From Candidatus Brennerbacteria bacterium (lineage in GTDB: Bacteria > Patescibacteriota > Minisyncoccia > UBA6257 > GWB1-50-10), in contig JACPEK010000003.1 of NCBI GenBank assembly GCA_016183535.1, positions 327 to 64,326 on the forward strand: 64,000 nucleotides of DNA. The letters are read 5' to 3'. Shown here in pieces: positions 22,571-31,075 of this stretch. The notes below the pieces were generated by a model. That model did no database searches and was not told the origin of the DNA. It saw nothing but the letters and a program-made list of their open reading frames with translations. The first letter of the stretch is position 1. The number at the start of each line of letters is the position of its first letter. Made by a program: the position numbers and the translations under genes.

Positions 22571-23342
22571 AGCCACTTACGCTCTAACACTTACTGAAGC
22601 ATTGCGCCTTCTAAGGAAGGAAACGAGCGTTTTGAGAAATTTAGAGTTCATCGCGTTACTTGGTAGCGTAAAGATCAAAGAACACGTTCCGGGATATAGC
22701 GATTTGGATTTGCTTCTTATACTCAAATCTGACGCTAGTGGAGCTTTAGACGAAAAACTTCTTTTAGAGTTGCAAAAAATATGCGCAGATTTGTCGAAAA
22801 CTTATCGAATAAATATCTCGTTTTTGACTCATACAGAAAAAGAATTGGTCGAGTATGTCGACTACGAATATTTGAAACATTATTCATCGGGTAAATTGCT
22901 TTATGGGAAACCAGAATTATTTTCGAAACTTTTTAAAAGGATAATTTCTAGAAAGAAATCCTATGGTAAGAAGCTAGTGAGAGAAATGTTCAAAAGCATT
23001 GTCCATGCCCGCTTTAATCTTATAAGAAAGTTTGTATCTCTAAACAAATTCAATACTAGAAACTATCGGGATGGTTTACTGAAATTATTTATCGATAATT
23101 TGTTTGAAATAGCTGACTGGAGACTCATCGCCGATGAAATCTGGTGCGTTTCTAAAAAAGAAATTGTGAGTAGAATATTTTCGATCTCAAAAAGTCCACA
23201 CAGGGAAATATTGGAAAGCGCGTATAAATATCGCAGAGACTGGAATCATTTGGTTGTTTCCAGTAAACAAGCCAGATCTTTTTTTATTAGTGGGATTAAA
23301 TTTATCAATGACTGCGTTCGTGATCTAGAGAGACGAACATGA
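22554..23342 (+). CDS. Pol-beta-superfamily nucleotidyltransferase
   Basis: LLGSV...SDLDLLLIL plus helical C-terminal domain. Confidence 0.78.
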   Translation: MKKITRATYALTLTEALRLLRKETSVLRNLEFIALLGSVKIKEHVPGYSDLDLLLILKSDASGALDEKLLLELQKICADLSKTYRINISFLTHTEKELVEYVDYEYLKHYSSGKLLYGKPELFSKLFKRIISRKKSYGKKLVREMFKSIVHARFNLIRKFVSLNKFNTRNYRDGLLKLFIDNLFEIADWRLIADEIWCVSKKEIVSRIFSISKSPHREILESAYKYRRDWNHLVVSSKQARSFFISGIKFINDCVRDLERRT

Positions 23343-24442
23343 GAATTGTCTTTGTTTCAAGGTCGCTCCCATATCTTGGAGGGAGGGAGGTTATAGTGGA
23401 GCGATTAATGGAAAAATTAAAATATAGACATCATATTTTATTACTGACGCCGGATGCCGGACTGAAAAGAAGAGGCATTAAAGTCGTTAACATAAATAAA
23501 AACCTAAAAAGAATAGTTGGGGGGTTTAGGCCTGATATTATAAGTTGCCACACGTTTTATTTTTTTAACCTCGCATATAAGCTATCCCGCGCTCTAGATG
23601 TTCCCCTTATTACAACGTTCCATGGAATGTTTTTGAGACTTTATGGCAAAGATTATCGCTCAATAATCAGAAATATTTGTGAAAAAAGCTTCGTCGTTAC
23701 TGTGGTCTCTAGAAACTATAAGGAGGAGCTCATTCGCGCCCTACGAGTCAGCAGGGCAAAAATTTCTGTAATTAAGAATGGTATACCAAAAGGCGAGGTT
23801 TCTCGGATCAATAAAAATATTTTCAAGTTAAAAAATTATATTCCTTTGGACAAAACTCTCGTCGTTGTCCCAGCTCGAACCGATAAGATTAAAGGACTTG
23901 AGTATCTTATTGGAGTTGCAAAAAAAATAAAGAATGGGGGCTTTTTCTTTTTAGTGTGTTCTCCAATCGGACGCCATAACAATTGGGAGAAGTTATTTAT
24001 GAAAAAACTAGTAGAACTCGCCCCTCCTAAAGATGTAATTGACTTCAGAGAATATGCTCATTCAGATTTACAGAAGCTCTTTCACGTCTGCGATATCTGC
24101 CTTCTCCCCTCGCTGATGGAAGGCGTGTCGATTTCAATTCTTGAAGCAATGGAGAAAGGTTGCATTGTAATCACAACCAATGTTGGAGGAAGCCCAGAAG
24201 TCATAAAGAATGGAGTGAACGGATACTTAATTGAACCGAGAAATGTTAAGGAAATTGTGCATGCACTTGAAAGGTGTACTAAACTCACAAAGTTTACTAG
24301 AGAGAAAATAAAAAACAACGCGAGGAAAACTGTACAAACTAGATTTTCCGAGGAAAAGATGTTAAAATCCTACGAAGATTTATTCCTTAAAGTAATCAAG
24401 AGGCATGAAAATAAGCAACGACGCACAAGCGGTAGTTTATAA
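23339..24442 (+). CDS. GT4 glycosyltransferase
   Basis: GGRE, VIKNGI, KGLEYLI, PSLMEGVSISILEAM, TNVGGSPE. Confidence 0.9.
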   Translation: MRIVFVSRSLPYLGGREVIVERLMEKLKYRHHILLLTPDAGLKRRGIKVVNINKNLKRIVGGFRPDIISCHTFYFFNLAYKLSRALDVPLITTFHGMFLRLYGKDYRSIIRNICEKSFVVTVVSRNYKEELIRALRVSRAKISVIKNGIPKGEVSRINKNIFKLKNYIPLDKTLVVVPARTDKIKGLEYLIGVAKKIKNGGFFFLVCSPIGRHNNWEKLFMKKLVELAPPKDVIDFREYAHSDLQKLFHVCDICLLPSLMEGVSISILEAMEKGCIVITTNVGGSPEVIKNGVNGYLIEPRNVKEIVHALERCTKLTKFTREKIKNNARKTVQTRFSEEKMLKSYEDLFLKVIKRHENKQRRTSGSL

Positions 24443-24839
24443 GCAAGGAGATCAGGGGTTGTTGTTTCTTGTGTTGAAGCGTTTTGATCCGGATAAGAAT
24501 GAGACTCATTATCGACTGATAAAGGGAAGGATTAAAGAAAAAGAAGGTGAAACTTCCGAAGTAGCGGTTTTGAGAGAAATAAAGGAAGAAGCTGGACTTA
24601 CTAAGTTGAGAATCGTTTCAAAAATTCCTAGTTATTCTTATGAAGCGGGCGATGTCAGACATGAAGTAAGCGTCTTTCTAGTAGAAAACACTGCGGAAGA
24701 GTTGGTAAGTGTTGACTCCAGCGAAGAAGGTGCGTTTACCATAGAAGGCGCAACGTGGTTTAGGGTGGAGGATATAGCAACGAAGTTAAACTTCGAGGTA
24801 GAGCGAGCGGCGATTCGGGAGGGATTAAAGCTCGTTTAG
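24405..24839 (+). CDS. NUDIX hydrolase
   Basis: KGRIKEKEGETSEVAVLREIKEEAGL Nudix box. Confidence 0.88.
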   Translation: MKISNDAQAVVYKQGDQGLLFLVLKRFDPDKNETHYRLIKGRIKEKEGETSEVAVLREIKEEAGLTKLRIVSKIPSYSYEAGDVRHEVSVFLVENTAEELVSVDSSEEGAFTIEGATWFRVEDIATKLNFEVERAAIREGLKLV

Positions 24840-25859
24840 AATATTTTTAATGGCGTTTTCGCTCGACTGCGAGCGGAATAATTTCACATTCTTTAAGAAA
24901 TTTGGGTGAGAGTTTTCCTCGAATCTTCCCTCGAAATCTATAACAAAAACCCTCTTTAGTAAGCTACTTGCTATCTGTATCAAGCTTCCTTCCGCGCCAA
25001 CTGCGGTGTGACAACTTGCAAGCTCAATTAGTGTTTCTCGATAGCTTAGCCTATTCACAAAGTTTATAACCTTAGGGGAAACCCTGATGGCTCCATTCCC
25101 TTTTCCTAAGAGTGCAACGGCGTTCCTTCTTTTGTTGATTTTATGAACCAAACTCTCTGTTTTCTCAAAACTTTTTGAGGTATCTTCGACACCGGCGATT
25201 ACCCCGATCCTCTTGTGCTTCCTTTTTGAATATATCAACTCCTTTTCATTGGTGGAAAAAAATATTTTTGGCTCGTATTCGTAAAACTTAGTTCCAAGGT
25301 AATGTTCGGAAAGTTTTTGCCACGCTAAAGTATTTCCAAATTTACCAAAGATATCTCGCCACGCTTTAAGATCCCTATCAAACACGATCACTGCCGCTCT
25401 TAAAGAAAAAAGCATCAGCAACGTTTCTCTTAATGTATCTCTTCCAAGGCCAACAAGAATACAGTTCCCCCTTATAAATTGGAATCTACTTCGAAACGAC
25501 CAAATGTGAATCGAATCAATGTTGGGATTATTCTCTAGTATTTGCGCATGTCCTCGAGTAGTTAAAATAGAAACCCGATACCCATCCCTTTTCCAATTTT
25601 CAAAAAGACCTGTCTGGAAAAAAATATCCCCATATCCCTGCTTCAACGGTTCCACAAATAATATGTTCTTTATGCCTCGTAAATTACTCTTTTTGGGGAT
25701 AAACCATATGAACGCGGTGAGTATAATATCCCTTAATACAAAGAACAGCATGAAGATCAAAGCATAGAAAAACCCTTTCTTTTTCCTGATCTTATGGTAC
25801 TTTCTCCTGATCCTTTCCAGATACGTTATGTGCATATGTTCGGTAATATTATCCGACAT
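24825..25859 (-). CDS. GT9 (heptosyltransferase-like) glycosyltransferase
   Basis: GYGDIFF, ILENNPNID, N-terminal TM; convergent with the operon. Confidence 0.65.
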   Translation of the reverse strand: MSDNITEHMHITYLERIRRKYHKIRKKKGFFYALIFMLFFVLRDIILTAFIWFIPKKSNLRGIKNILFVEPLKQGYGDIFFQTGLFENWKRDGYRVSILTTRGHAQILENNPNIDSIHIWSFRSRFQFIRGNCILVGLGRDTLRETLLMLFSLRAAVIVFDRDLKAWRDIFGKFGNTLAWQKLSEHYLGTKFYEYEPKIFFSTNEKELIYSKRKHKRIGVIAGVEDTSKSFEKTESLVHKINKRRNAVALLGKGNGAIRVSPKVINFVNRLSYRETLIELASCHTAVGAEGSLIQIASSLLKRVFVIDFEGRFEENSHPNFLKNVKLFRSQSSENAIKNILNEL

Positions 25860-25886
25860 GCATGCTACTTACTCAACATGAATATT

Positions 25887-26134
25887 CGCAGAACTACCCG
25901 AACCCGTTCAATCCAACGACGACCATCGCCTTCTCGCTTCCCGACCGAAGCCATGTACGCCTCGCGGTGTACAATGCGCTCGGCGAGGAAGTCGCGGCCT
26001 TGGTGGACGAGGAAATCGCGGCCGGCACCCACAAGACCACGTGGGACGCCTCCGGACTCCCGAGCGGCATCTACTTTGTGCGAATGAATGCTCACACATT
26101 CACCGCCACGAAGAAGATGGTGTTACTGAAGTAG
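25887..26134 (+). pseudogene. Orphan T9SS-type CTD, copy 2
   Basis: SQNYPNPFNPTTTIAFSLPDRSHVRL...GIYFVRMNAHTFTATKKMVLLK*; no signal peptide or cargo domain. Confidence 0.88.
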
Positions 26135-26142
26135 ATTTATTT

Positions 26143-26175
26143 AAAGAGCCGATTGCACATGCAATTGGCTCTTTT
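26143..26175 (+). terminator. Terminator after CTD copy 2
   Basis: aaagagccgattgca-ca-tgcaattggctcttt. Confidence 0.75.
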
Positions 26176-26196
26176 TTGCGGGGCACTAATTTTTTA

Positions 26197-26916
26197 TTAT
26201 TCCTCTAAAAACCACCTTGCCGGCAATGGCCCACCGGATTTTTTATAGATATGCTTTACCAAACCAGAAAGAATCATTTTTTTAATCTCAATACTGCTCG
26301 CTTTATAAAAATGTTCAACTTGGTTAGAAAATTTTCTATCCGTTCTTTTTAAAATCTTCCGCATCTCGTTCGGTTGTCTTAAAAACTCTCCGCTTAACTT
26401 AAGGAACAATTCCACAATGTTGGTGATCAATAAATGGCTGTCGATGCCAAATGCCAAATAATCTTTGCCTTTAATGTCACGTTGAACCTCCCCCCAAAAA
26501 TCATCAATGGAGTATTTGTGCATTAAAACCTCTCCATTTTTATATTTAGCTTTTAACTTCAGATTGTCTCTAGCAACTATTTGGATTCTCTCTAAGCTCC
26601 GCCGTCTTTGAAAGAGAATCCTGCCGTGCGCCAGCATATGTGAGGTTATTCTTCTCAGGCCATTTCTATCCTCCTTAAGATATTTTTTAGCTTCCGCCCA
26701 TGTATTAAAAATAATGTCCACACGAACCCCGTTTTTGATAAAATTACTTCTGGAAAATTTACCACTTTGGCTCAAGAGGATATATATGTCAACGTCCGAA
26801 TATGTATCAAATTTATTTCTTGCCACAGATCCGAATAGTAAAATACCCAAGACATTTTTGTCCGGTTTATATTGATCTACTACTTCGCTGCAAATTTTTT
26901 GGATGAACTTCTCCAT
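26197..26916 (-). CDS. Nucleotidyltransferase (kanamycin-NTase-like architecture)
   Basis: GILLFGSVARN..SDVDIYIL plus helical C-terminal domain; AT-rich. Confidence 0.8.
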   Translation of the reverse strand: MEKFIQKICSEVVDQYKPDKNVLGILLFGSVARNKFDTYSDVDIYILLSQSGKFSRSNFIKNGVRVDIIFNTWAEAKKYLKEDRNGLRRITSHMLAHGRILFQRRRSLERIQIVARDNLKLKAKYKNGEVLMHKYSIDDFWGEVQRDIKGKDYLAFGIDSHLLITNIVELFLKLSGEFLRQPNEMRKILKRTDRKFSNQVEHFYKASSIEIKKMILSGLVKHIYKKSGGPLPARWFLEE

Positions 26917-26978
26917 AAATAAAAATAGGGCTAAGGTAAGTATAAAACTTTTCCTTAGCCCCGCGAAGTCGTCACCCT

Positions 26979-27080
26979 CTAGTGGCAGTTGCTGGGGCTT
27001 TGACAGGTGCAGAACACCTTTAGCTTCGGCAGTGCCTTGACTTTGAGGATCGGCTGCTGTTTGAGCTTCGTCTTCTGCAT
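26979..27080 (-). CDS. Putative 33-aa RiPP precursor peptide MQKTKLKQQPILKVKALPKLKVFCTCQSPSNCH
   Basis: Strong RBS (ggaaaggaggtg) overlapping the radical SAM stop; basic leader and Cys-rich C-terminus. Confidence 0.7.
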   Translation of the reverse strand: MQKTKLKQQPILKVKALPKLKVFCTCQSPSNCH

Positions 27081-27085
27081 AGCAT

Positions 27086-28525
27086 TCACCTCCTTTCCGT
27101 TGCAGGTTGGAGAAGTTCCGGCCCTGACGCCGTCGCTTCCCGCAGTTGTTCTCGAAGAATCTCGTGGGTCATACGGCGGTAGAAGTCGCACATTCGTTCG
27201 ATCTTGACGGTTTTCGTCGCCCGAGCGAACTCTTGCGTAATGTTGCAACCACCACCGCACTGCCCTTCGATCATGCACCCTTTACACATTTCCATTACTC
27301 CGGTGAGATGATCTCTCACAAAGCGATGATAGGCGGTGCCTGACGCATGAAACGACTGGATTTCCGAGAGACTCCCGAGTTGGGTCGTGCTGTAGCCACA
27401 TCCGTAGATGTTTCCGGACGGGCCTACGCACATGCTGTTGCCGCGGACTGCGCCGCAGAACGCGACACGGCTTTCGAGCGTTGATCCGTTAAGATTCTCG
27501 GCTGGCCGTGACCAGAAGCCGGGAACATCAACGCCTCGTGCCGCCGCGTAGCGCCGAATCCGCATCAGCTTTGCGACGACATCTTCAATCGGAATTTCCA
27601 CCATATCGACAACGTCGATATCAATCCTGACGTTCTTCATGCCGCGGGTTACTGCCCAGTCGACAATCGACTCGTCAAGTTCGTGAAAATTCTTTTCGGT
27701 GACTGTCACCGCGATGCCATCGAGTGGATACCCCGCTTGCGCCAACGCATCGAATCCACGCATTATTTGGGAGAATGTACCGCCCCCAGACTTCGTCAAG
27801 CGGACGTGATCATTTCCCTCGCGCAAGCCGTCGAGACTAGAAGCAATCTCGACGCGATGTTCTTTGAGAATCGCGGCGATATCTGGCGTAATGAGTGACG
27901 CGTTCGTGTTGATCGAGAAGTGAAACTCGAATTCCGAACCATAGGCGATACGGCAGTATTCAAACATCTGCTTGATGACTGGCCACGCCAACAGCGGTTC
28001 GCCTCCACCAAAGTTGATCTCGGCGACACGCTTTCCATGACCGCGAAGAATCTCGAGATACCGATCCACCGTTTCCTTGGCTGTGTCATACCGCATAAAC
28101 TTTTTGGGGTTGTTGATGCGGTCAGAAGTTTCCAAGTTGTTAAAGTGGATGCAATAGGTGCAACGGAAGTTGCACGCCTCACTCATGATGAGCTCGAGAT
28201 AATCAATCAGCGAACCGCTGATAATTTCCTTTTCCCCTTCTCGCATCCGCTCTTCGAGAAATGCTCGGTCATCGAAACCCTCTGGAACAAGGAAATGACA
28301 CTGCAAAAATTCCTCAATTGCTTCCCGATTTTCGTCGGTCAACTCATTGCCGACCTGTGAACGAACCGTTATCGGCTCGGAGAACGACTCAAGAAATTCG
28401 AGCGTCTCAACGGGAACAACTCTTGGGTATCCAAACAGTGAGTGCCAAATCACCGCAGAGTCGCCATCTAGAACGGCCTGCACGAACGGCGACTTCGTGT
28501 AAGCGACATTAAGGTTAAGTGCCAT
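27086..28525 (-). CDS. Radical SAM / SPASM-domain enzyme (peptide maturase-like)
   Basis: CNFRCTYC, FGGGEPLL, INTN, SSLDG; SPASM Cys pattern CGA...GNIYGC...CKGCMIEGQCGGGC...C; ~90-aa N-terminal RRE-like extension. Confidence 0.9.
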   Translation of the reverse strand: MALNLNVAYTKSPFVQAVLDGDSAVIWHSLFGYPRVVPVETLEFLESFSEPITVRSQVGNELTDENREAIEEFLQCHFLVPEGFDDRAFLEERMREGEKEIISGSLIDYLELIMSEACNFRCTYCIHFNNLETSDRINNPKKFMRYDTAKETVDRYLEILRGHGKRVAEINFGGGEPLLAWPVIKQMFEYCRIAYGSEFEFHFSINTNASLITPDIAAILKEHRVEIASSLDGLREGNDHVRLTKSGGGTFSQIMRGFDALAQAGYPLDGIAVTVTEKNFHELDESIVDWAVTRGMKNVRIDIDVVDMVEIPIEDVVAKLMRIRRYAAARGVDVPGFWSRPAENLNGSTLESRVAFCGAVRGNSMCVGPSGNIYGCGYSTTQLGSLSEIQSFHASGTAYHRFVRDHLTGVMEMCKGCMIEGQCGGGCNITQEFARATKTVKIERMCDFYRRMTHEILREQLREATASGPELLQPATERR

Positions 28526-28645
28526 TGCAGGCTCCTTTCTTTGTTTTTTAAACGATTCAACAGATTTCTTTGTTATCTACAGAATGACAATTATTATAAT
28601 ACTTGTCAAATCGCATAATGTTTCTCCATTATCAAGATATCTTTA

Positions 28646-28727
28646 CGGCATCTACTTCTATCGCTTGGAGACCGATTCGCCAGCTGGCGGATTCACGGCC
28701 GTAAAGAAGATGATCCTACTAAAGTAG
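28646..28727 (+). pseudogene. Orphan T9SS-type CTD 3' tip, copy 3
   Basis: GIYFYRLETDSPAGGFTAVKKMILLK* (manual translation). Confidence 0.85.
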
Positions 28728-28734
28728 CTTTATT

Positions 28735-28766
28735 AAAGGGCTTGATACAAATGTATCAAGCCCTTT
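28735..28766 (+). terminator. Terminator after CTD copy 3
   Basis: aaagggcttgatac-aaat-gtatcaagcccttt, same stem as at 21170. Confidence 0.85.
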
Positions 28767-28801
28767 TGCGTTTTGTTTGGATGTAGTACTATGAAATCGA
28801 A

Positions 28802-28993
28802 ATGGCCACCGCAACTTTTCTCCAAAAGCTGAATACGGAATTGAAACGCATCGTTGCGCACGCGGTGCTTGATACCCTTACTGACCCCGATCTCGGCGCA
28901 GAACTCACCCTGCATGCCAAGCGACGTCTGCGCGCGGCCGCTCGCGGACGAAGCGTTGCCACGCTCGCGGAGATAAAAAAGAAACATTACTGA
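28802..28993 (+). CDS. Putative antitoxin
   Basis: 63 aa, DPDLGAEL motif, stop overlaps RelE start. Confidence 0.65.
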   Translation: MATATFLQKLNTELKRIVAHAVLDTLTDPDLGAELTLHAKRRLRAAARGRSVATLAEIKKKHY

Positions 28994-29265
28994 TGGGCAG
29001 ATGGTCGCTCGGGTTCACGCGGAGTGCTGAGGAGGACCTCGCGCAATTGGATCGGCCGGTCCGTCGCCGCATTATCGACAAACTCGAATGGCTATCGGCA
29101 CACTTCGATGGAATTATCCCCTCGGCGCTACATGCGGAGTTCCGCGAGTTCTACAAACTTCGGGTGGGCGACTGGCGTGTCGTTTATAAAATCGAGTGGC
29201 GCAAATACTCCATCATGATTTGCTACATTGACCGCCGCGACCGGGTATACAAAAAAGGAAGGTAG
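28993..29265 (+). CDS. RelE/ParE-family toxin
   Basis: FTRSAEEDLAQLD...YKLRVGDWRVVY...DRRDRVYK. Confidence 0.88.
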   Translation: MGRWSLGFTRSAEEDLAQLDRPVRRRIIDKLEWLSAHFDGIIPSALHAEFREFYKLRVGDWRVVYKIEWRKYSIMICYIDRRDRVYKKGR

Positions 29266-29311
29266 TTATAGACACCGCTCTCAAACGGCTTGCCACCGTT
29301 CGTGTCGAGGA
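29266..29311. repeat. Third, 46-bp fragment of the FN3-gene repeat, fused to CTD copy 4
   Basis: ttatagacaccgctctcaaacggcttgccaccgttcgtgtcgagga matches 32170-32212 (about 5 mismatches in 43) and ~19435-19478. Confidence 0.75.
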
Positions 29312-29597
29312 GGGTGACTTCTCGCCGCTTCCTACCCACTACTCACTGGGACAAAACTACCCGAACCCATTCAATCCCACGACCACGATCACCTTCTCAC
29401 TTCCCGACCGAAGCCACGTACGCCTCACGGTGTACAATGCGATTGGTCAGGAAGTCGTGAAGTTGGTTGACGAGGAGGTCTCCGCAGGCACCCACAAAAC
29501 AACGTGGGACGCCTCCGGCCTCCCGAGCGGCATCTATTTCTATCGTTTGGAAACGAAGCAATTCATCCAAACGAGGAAGACTATGTTCATGAAGTAG
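29304..29597 (+). pseudogene. Orphan T9SS-type CTD with linker, copy 4
   Basis: VEEGDFSPLPTHYSLGQNYPNPFNPTTTITFSLP...GIYFYRLETKQFIQTRKTMFMK* (manual translation); no plausible translational start. Confidence 0.88.
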
Positions 29598-29611
29598 ATT
29601 TATTGATTCGA

Positions 29612-29641
29612 AAGCCCTGTACAATACGCATGGGGCTTTTT
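29612..29641 (+). terminator. Imperfect terminator after CTD copy 4
   Basis: aaagccctgt...atggggcttttt. Confidence 0.55.
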
Positions 29642-29643
29642 GT

Positions 29644-29734
29644 GGCGCTGTTCGATAACTGTTGAAAAGCTTTGATTATGCGAGCACGGGCAAATCAGGG
29701 AATCAAGTAAAATGGAGGGTTATCGAACGGCCCC
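29644..29734. mobile_element. Putative 91-bp MITE
   Basis: Terminal inverted repeats ggcgctgttcgataac / gttatcgaacggcccc (14/16), with T-rich similar flanks. Confidence 0.5.
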
Positions 29735-29822
29735 TTTTTGATTGATTTGACAAACTGGCACCCGCACACTTTAATGTAACTAGGTTATTTCCGAGAGGAA
29801 AATTTAAAATCTAGATAAGGAG

Positions 29823-30065
29823 GTGAGAAAGACGATGGTTCAAGCTGATGACAAAAAAAAGCTCCGGCAAATCAAATTCAGGGATAGCGATTTTCACAAA
29901 GCTAGCGGTACCCTGATGAGGAGAATCTGCGTTATGGTCGCACATAAAAAAGGCGCCATAGCAGTGCGCGATTCAAAAGATGCATTGAAGAAAACGCTCA
30001 TTTTCAACGAAGCAGAATGGAGCGTTTTCATCAAGGGCGTCAAGGCCGGCGAGTTTGATATATAA
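29823..30065 (+). CDS. DUF397-family protein
   Basis: FHKAS...CVMVA...IAVRDSKD...LIFNEAEWSVFIKGVKAGEFD; RBS aaggagg. Confidence 0.85.
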   Translation: MRKTMVQADDKKKLRQIKFRDSDFHKASGTLMRRICVMVAHKKGAIAVRDSKDALKKTLIFNEAEWSVFIKGVKAGEFDI

Positions 30066-30147
30066 AGCGAACTCGTGAAAAGTAAGTCGAGAAGAGGGTA
30101 ATATAGTCTTGTTACCCTCTTTTTTATGTTAAAATTATTAAATATTC

Positions 30148-30903
30148 ATGGAAAAAAATCTAAAAATAAAACTTTCAAAAGAGTTTTCACTATACGGGAA
30201 ATTTAGTGGTTCTTTTAATCAGCCATTATTTATTATTGCACACGGGTTTTCGGGGAATATGGATGAAGAATTTTATCGTTTAGCTACTTATTGGTTTGGA
30301 AAGCATGGGTTTTCAACATTCCGGTTTAATTTTTATGGTCATCAAAAAGATGCTCGGCAGCTTATGAATTGTACTCTTAAAACACATAGCACTGACTTTG
30401 ACACAATTGTTCGTTATTTTAGAAAGCGTGGGGTGAGGAAAGTATTTGTTGTAGGACACAGTTTTGGTGGATTGGTAATTTTTTGTTCTCGCAATCAAGA
30501 TTTTGACGGTGCGGTGCTCTGGGATCCATCTTACAAAATTTCATTTACAAAGACGATGTTTGGTTTTCCGGGCGGGAAATATATAAAAGAGATAAATGGT
30601 TATCTTATGAAATGGGGGGTAAATTTGATTATTGGAAAAGTAATGGCAAAAGAAATTGATTCACTTCAATGGGATTCAATAGCAAAAAATTTTAAAGTGC
30701 CTTTTAAAATAATTCTTGCTGGAAAAGGTGCGCTTAAAGGCACAAAAAAATATCTAAATAATGCAAAGGTGGAGAAAGATTTGATGATTGTAGAAGGAGC
30801 AACACATTATTTTAATGATCGAGATGGGATGCAAGAGAAAGTTTTTAAATCTTCTGAAGAATGGTTTAGAAAATTTATAAAAATTCGTCGTCATTATAAT
30901 TAG
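30148..30903 (+). CDS. Alpha/beta hydrolase
   Basis: AHGFSG, GHSFGG nucleophile elbow, GATHYF; very AT-rich. Confidence 0.88.
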   Translation: MEKNLKIKLSKEFSLYGKFSGSFNQPLFIIAHGFSGNMDEEFYRLATYWFGKHGFSTFRFNFYGHQKDARQLMNCTLKTHSTDFDTIVRYFRKRGVRKVFVVGHSFGGLVIFCSRNQDFDGAVLWDPSYKISFTKTMFGFPGGKYIKEINGYLMKWGVNLIIGKVMAKEIDSLQWDSIAKNFKVPFKIILAGKGALKGTKKYLNNAKVEKDLMIVEGATHYFNDRDGMQEKVFKSSEEWFRKFIKIRRHYN

Positions 30904-30910
30904 GTAATTA

Positions 30911-31075
30911 GGGAGTTTTGTAACCATATGGTAGTAAAATACCCATATGGCACAAGACGAAAGAATGTTTTCGGTTGCGCGGCCAACTTTTTGAGGGGGA
31001 GAAAGTGTATTTTCTGTGGGTCGTTCAAGGTATGCAAGACGAAGCGCGACTATGCGCGGCGCCGCCACAAGACCT
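30911..31075 (+). mobile_element. Possible 5' remnant of an IS1595-family element (Zn-ribbon fragment)
   Basis: MVVK...RKCIFCGSFKVCKTKRDY...KTCGKLYS resembles a transposase N-terminal Zn ribbon; truncated at fusion with CTD copy 5. Confidence 0.4.
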
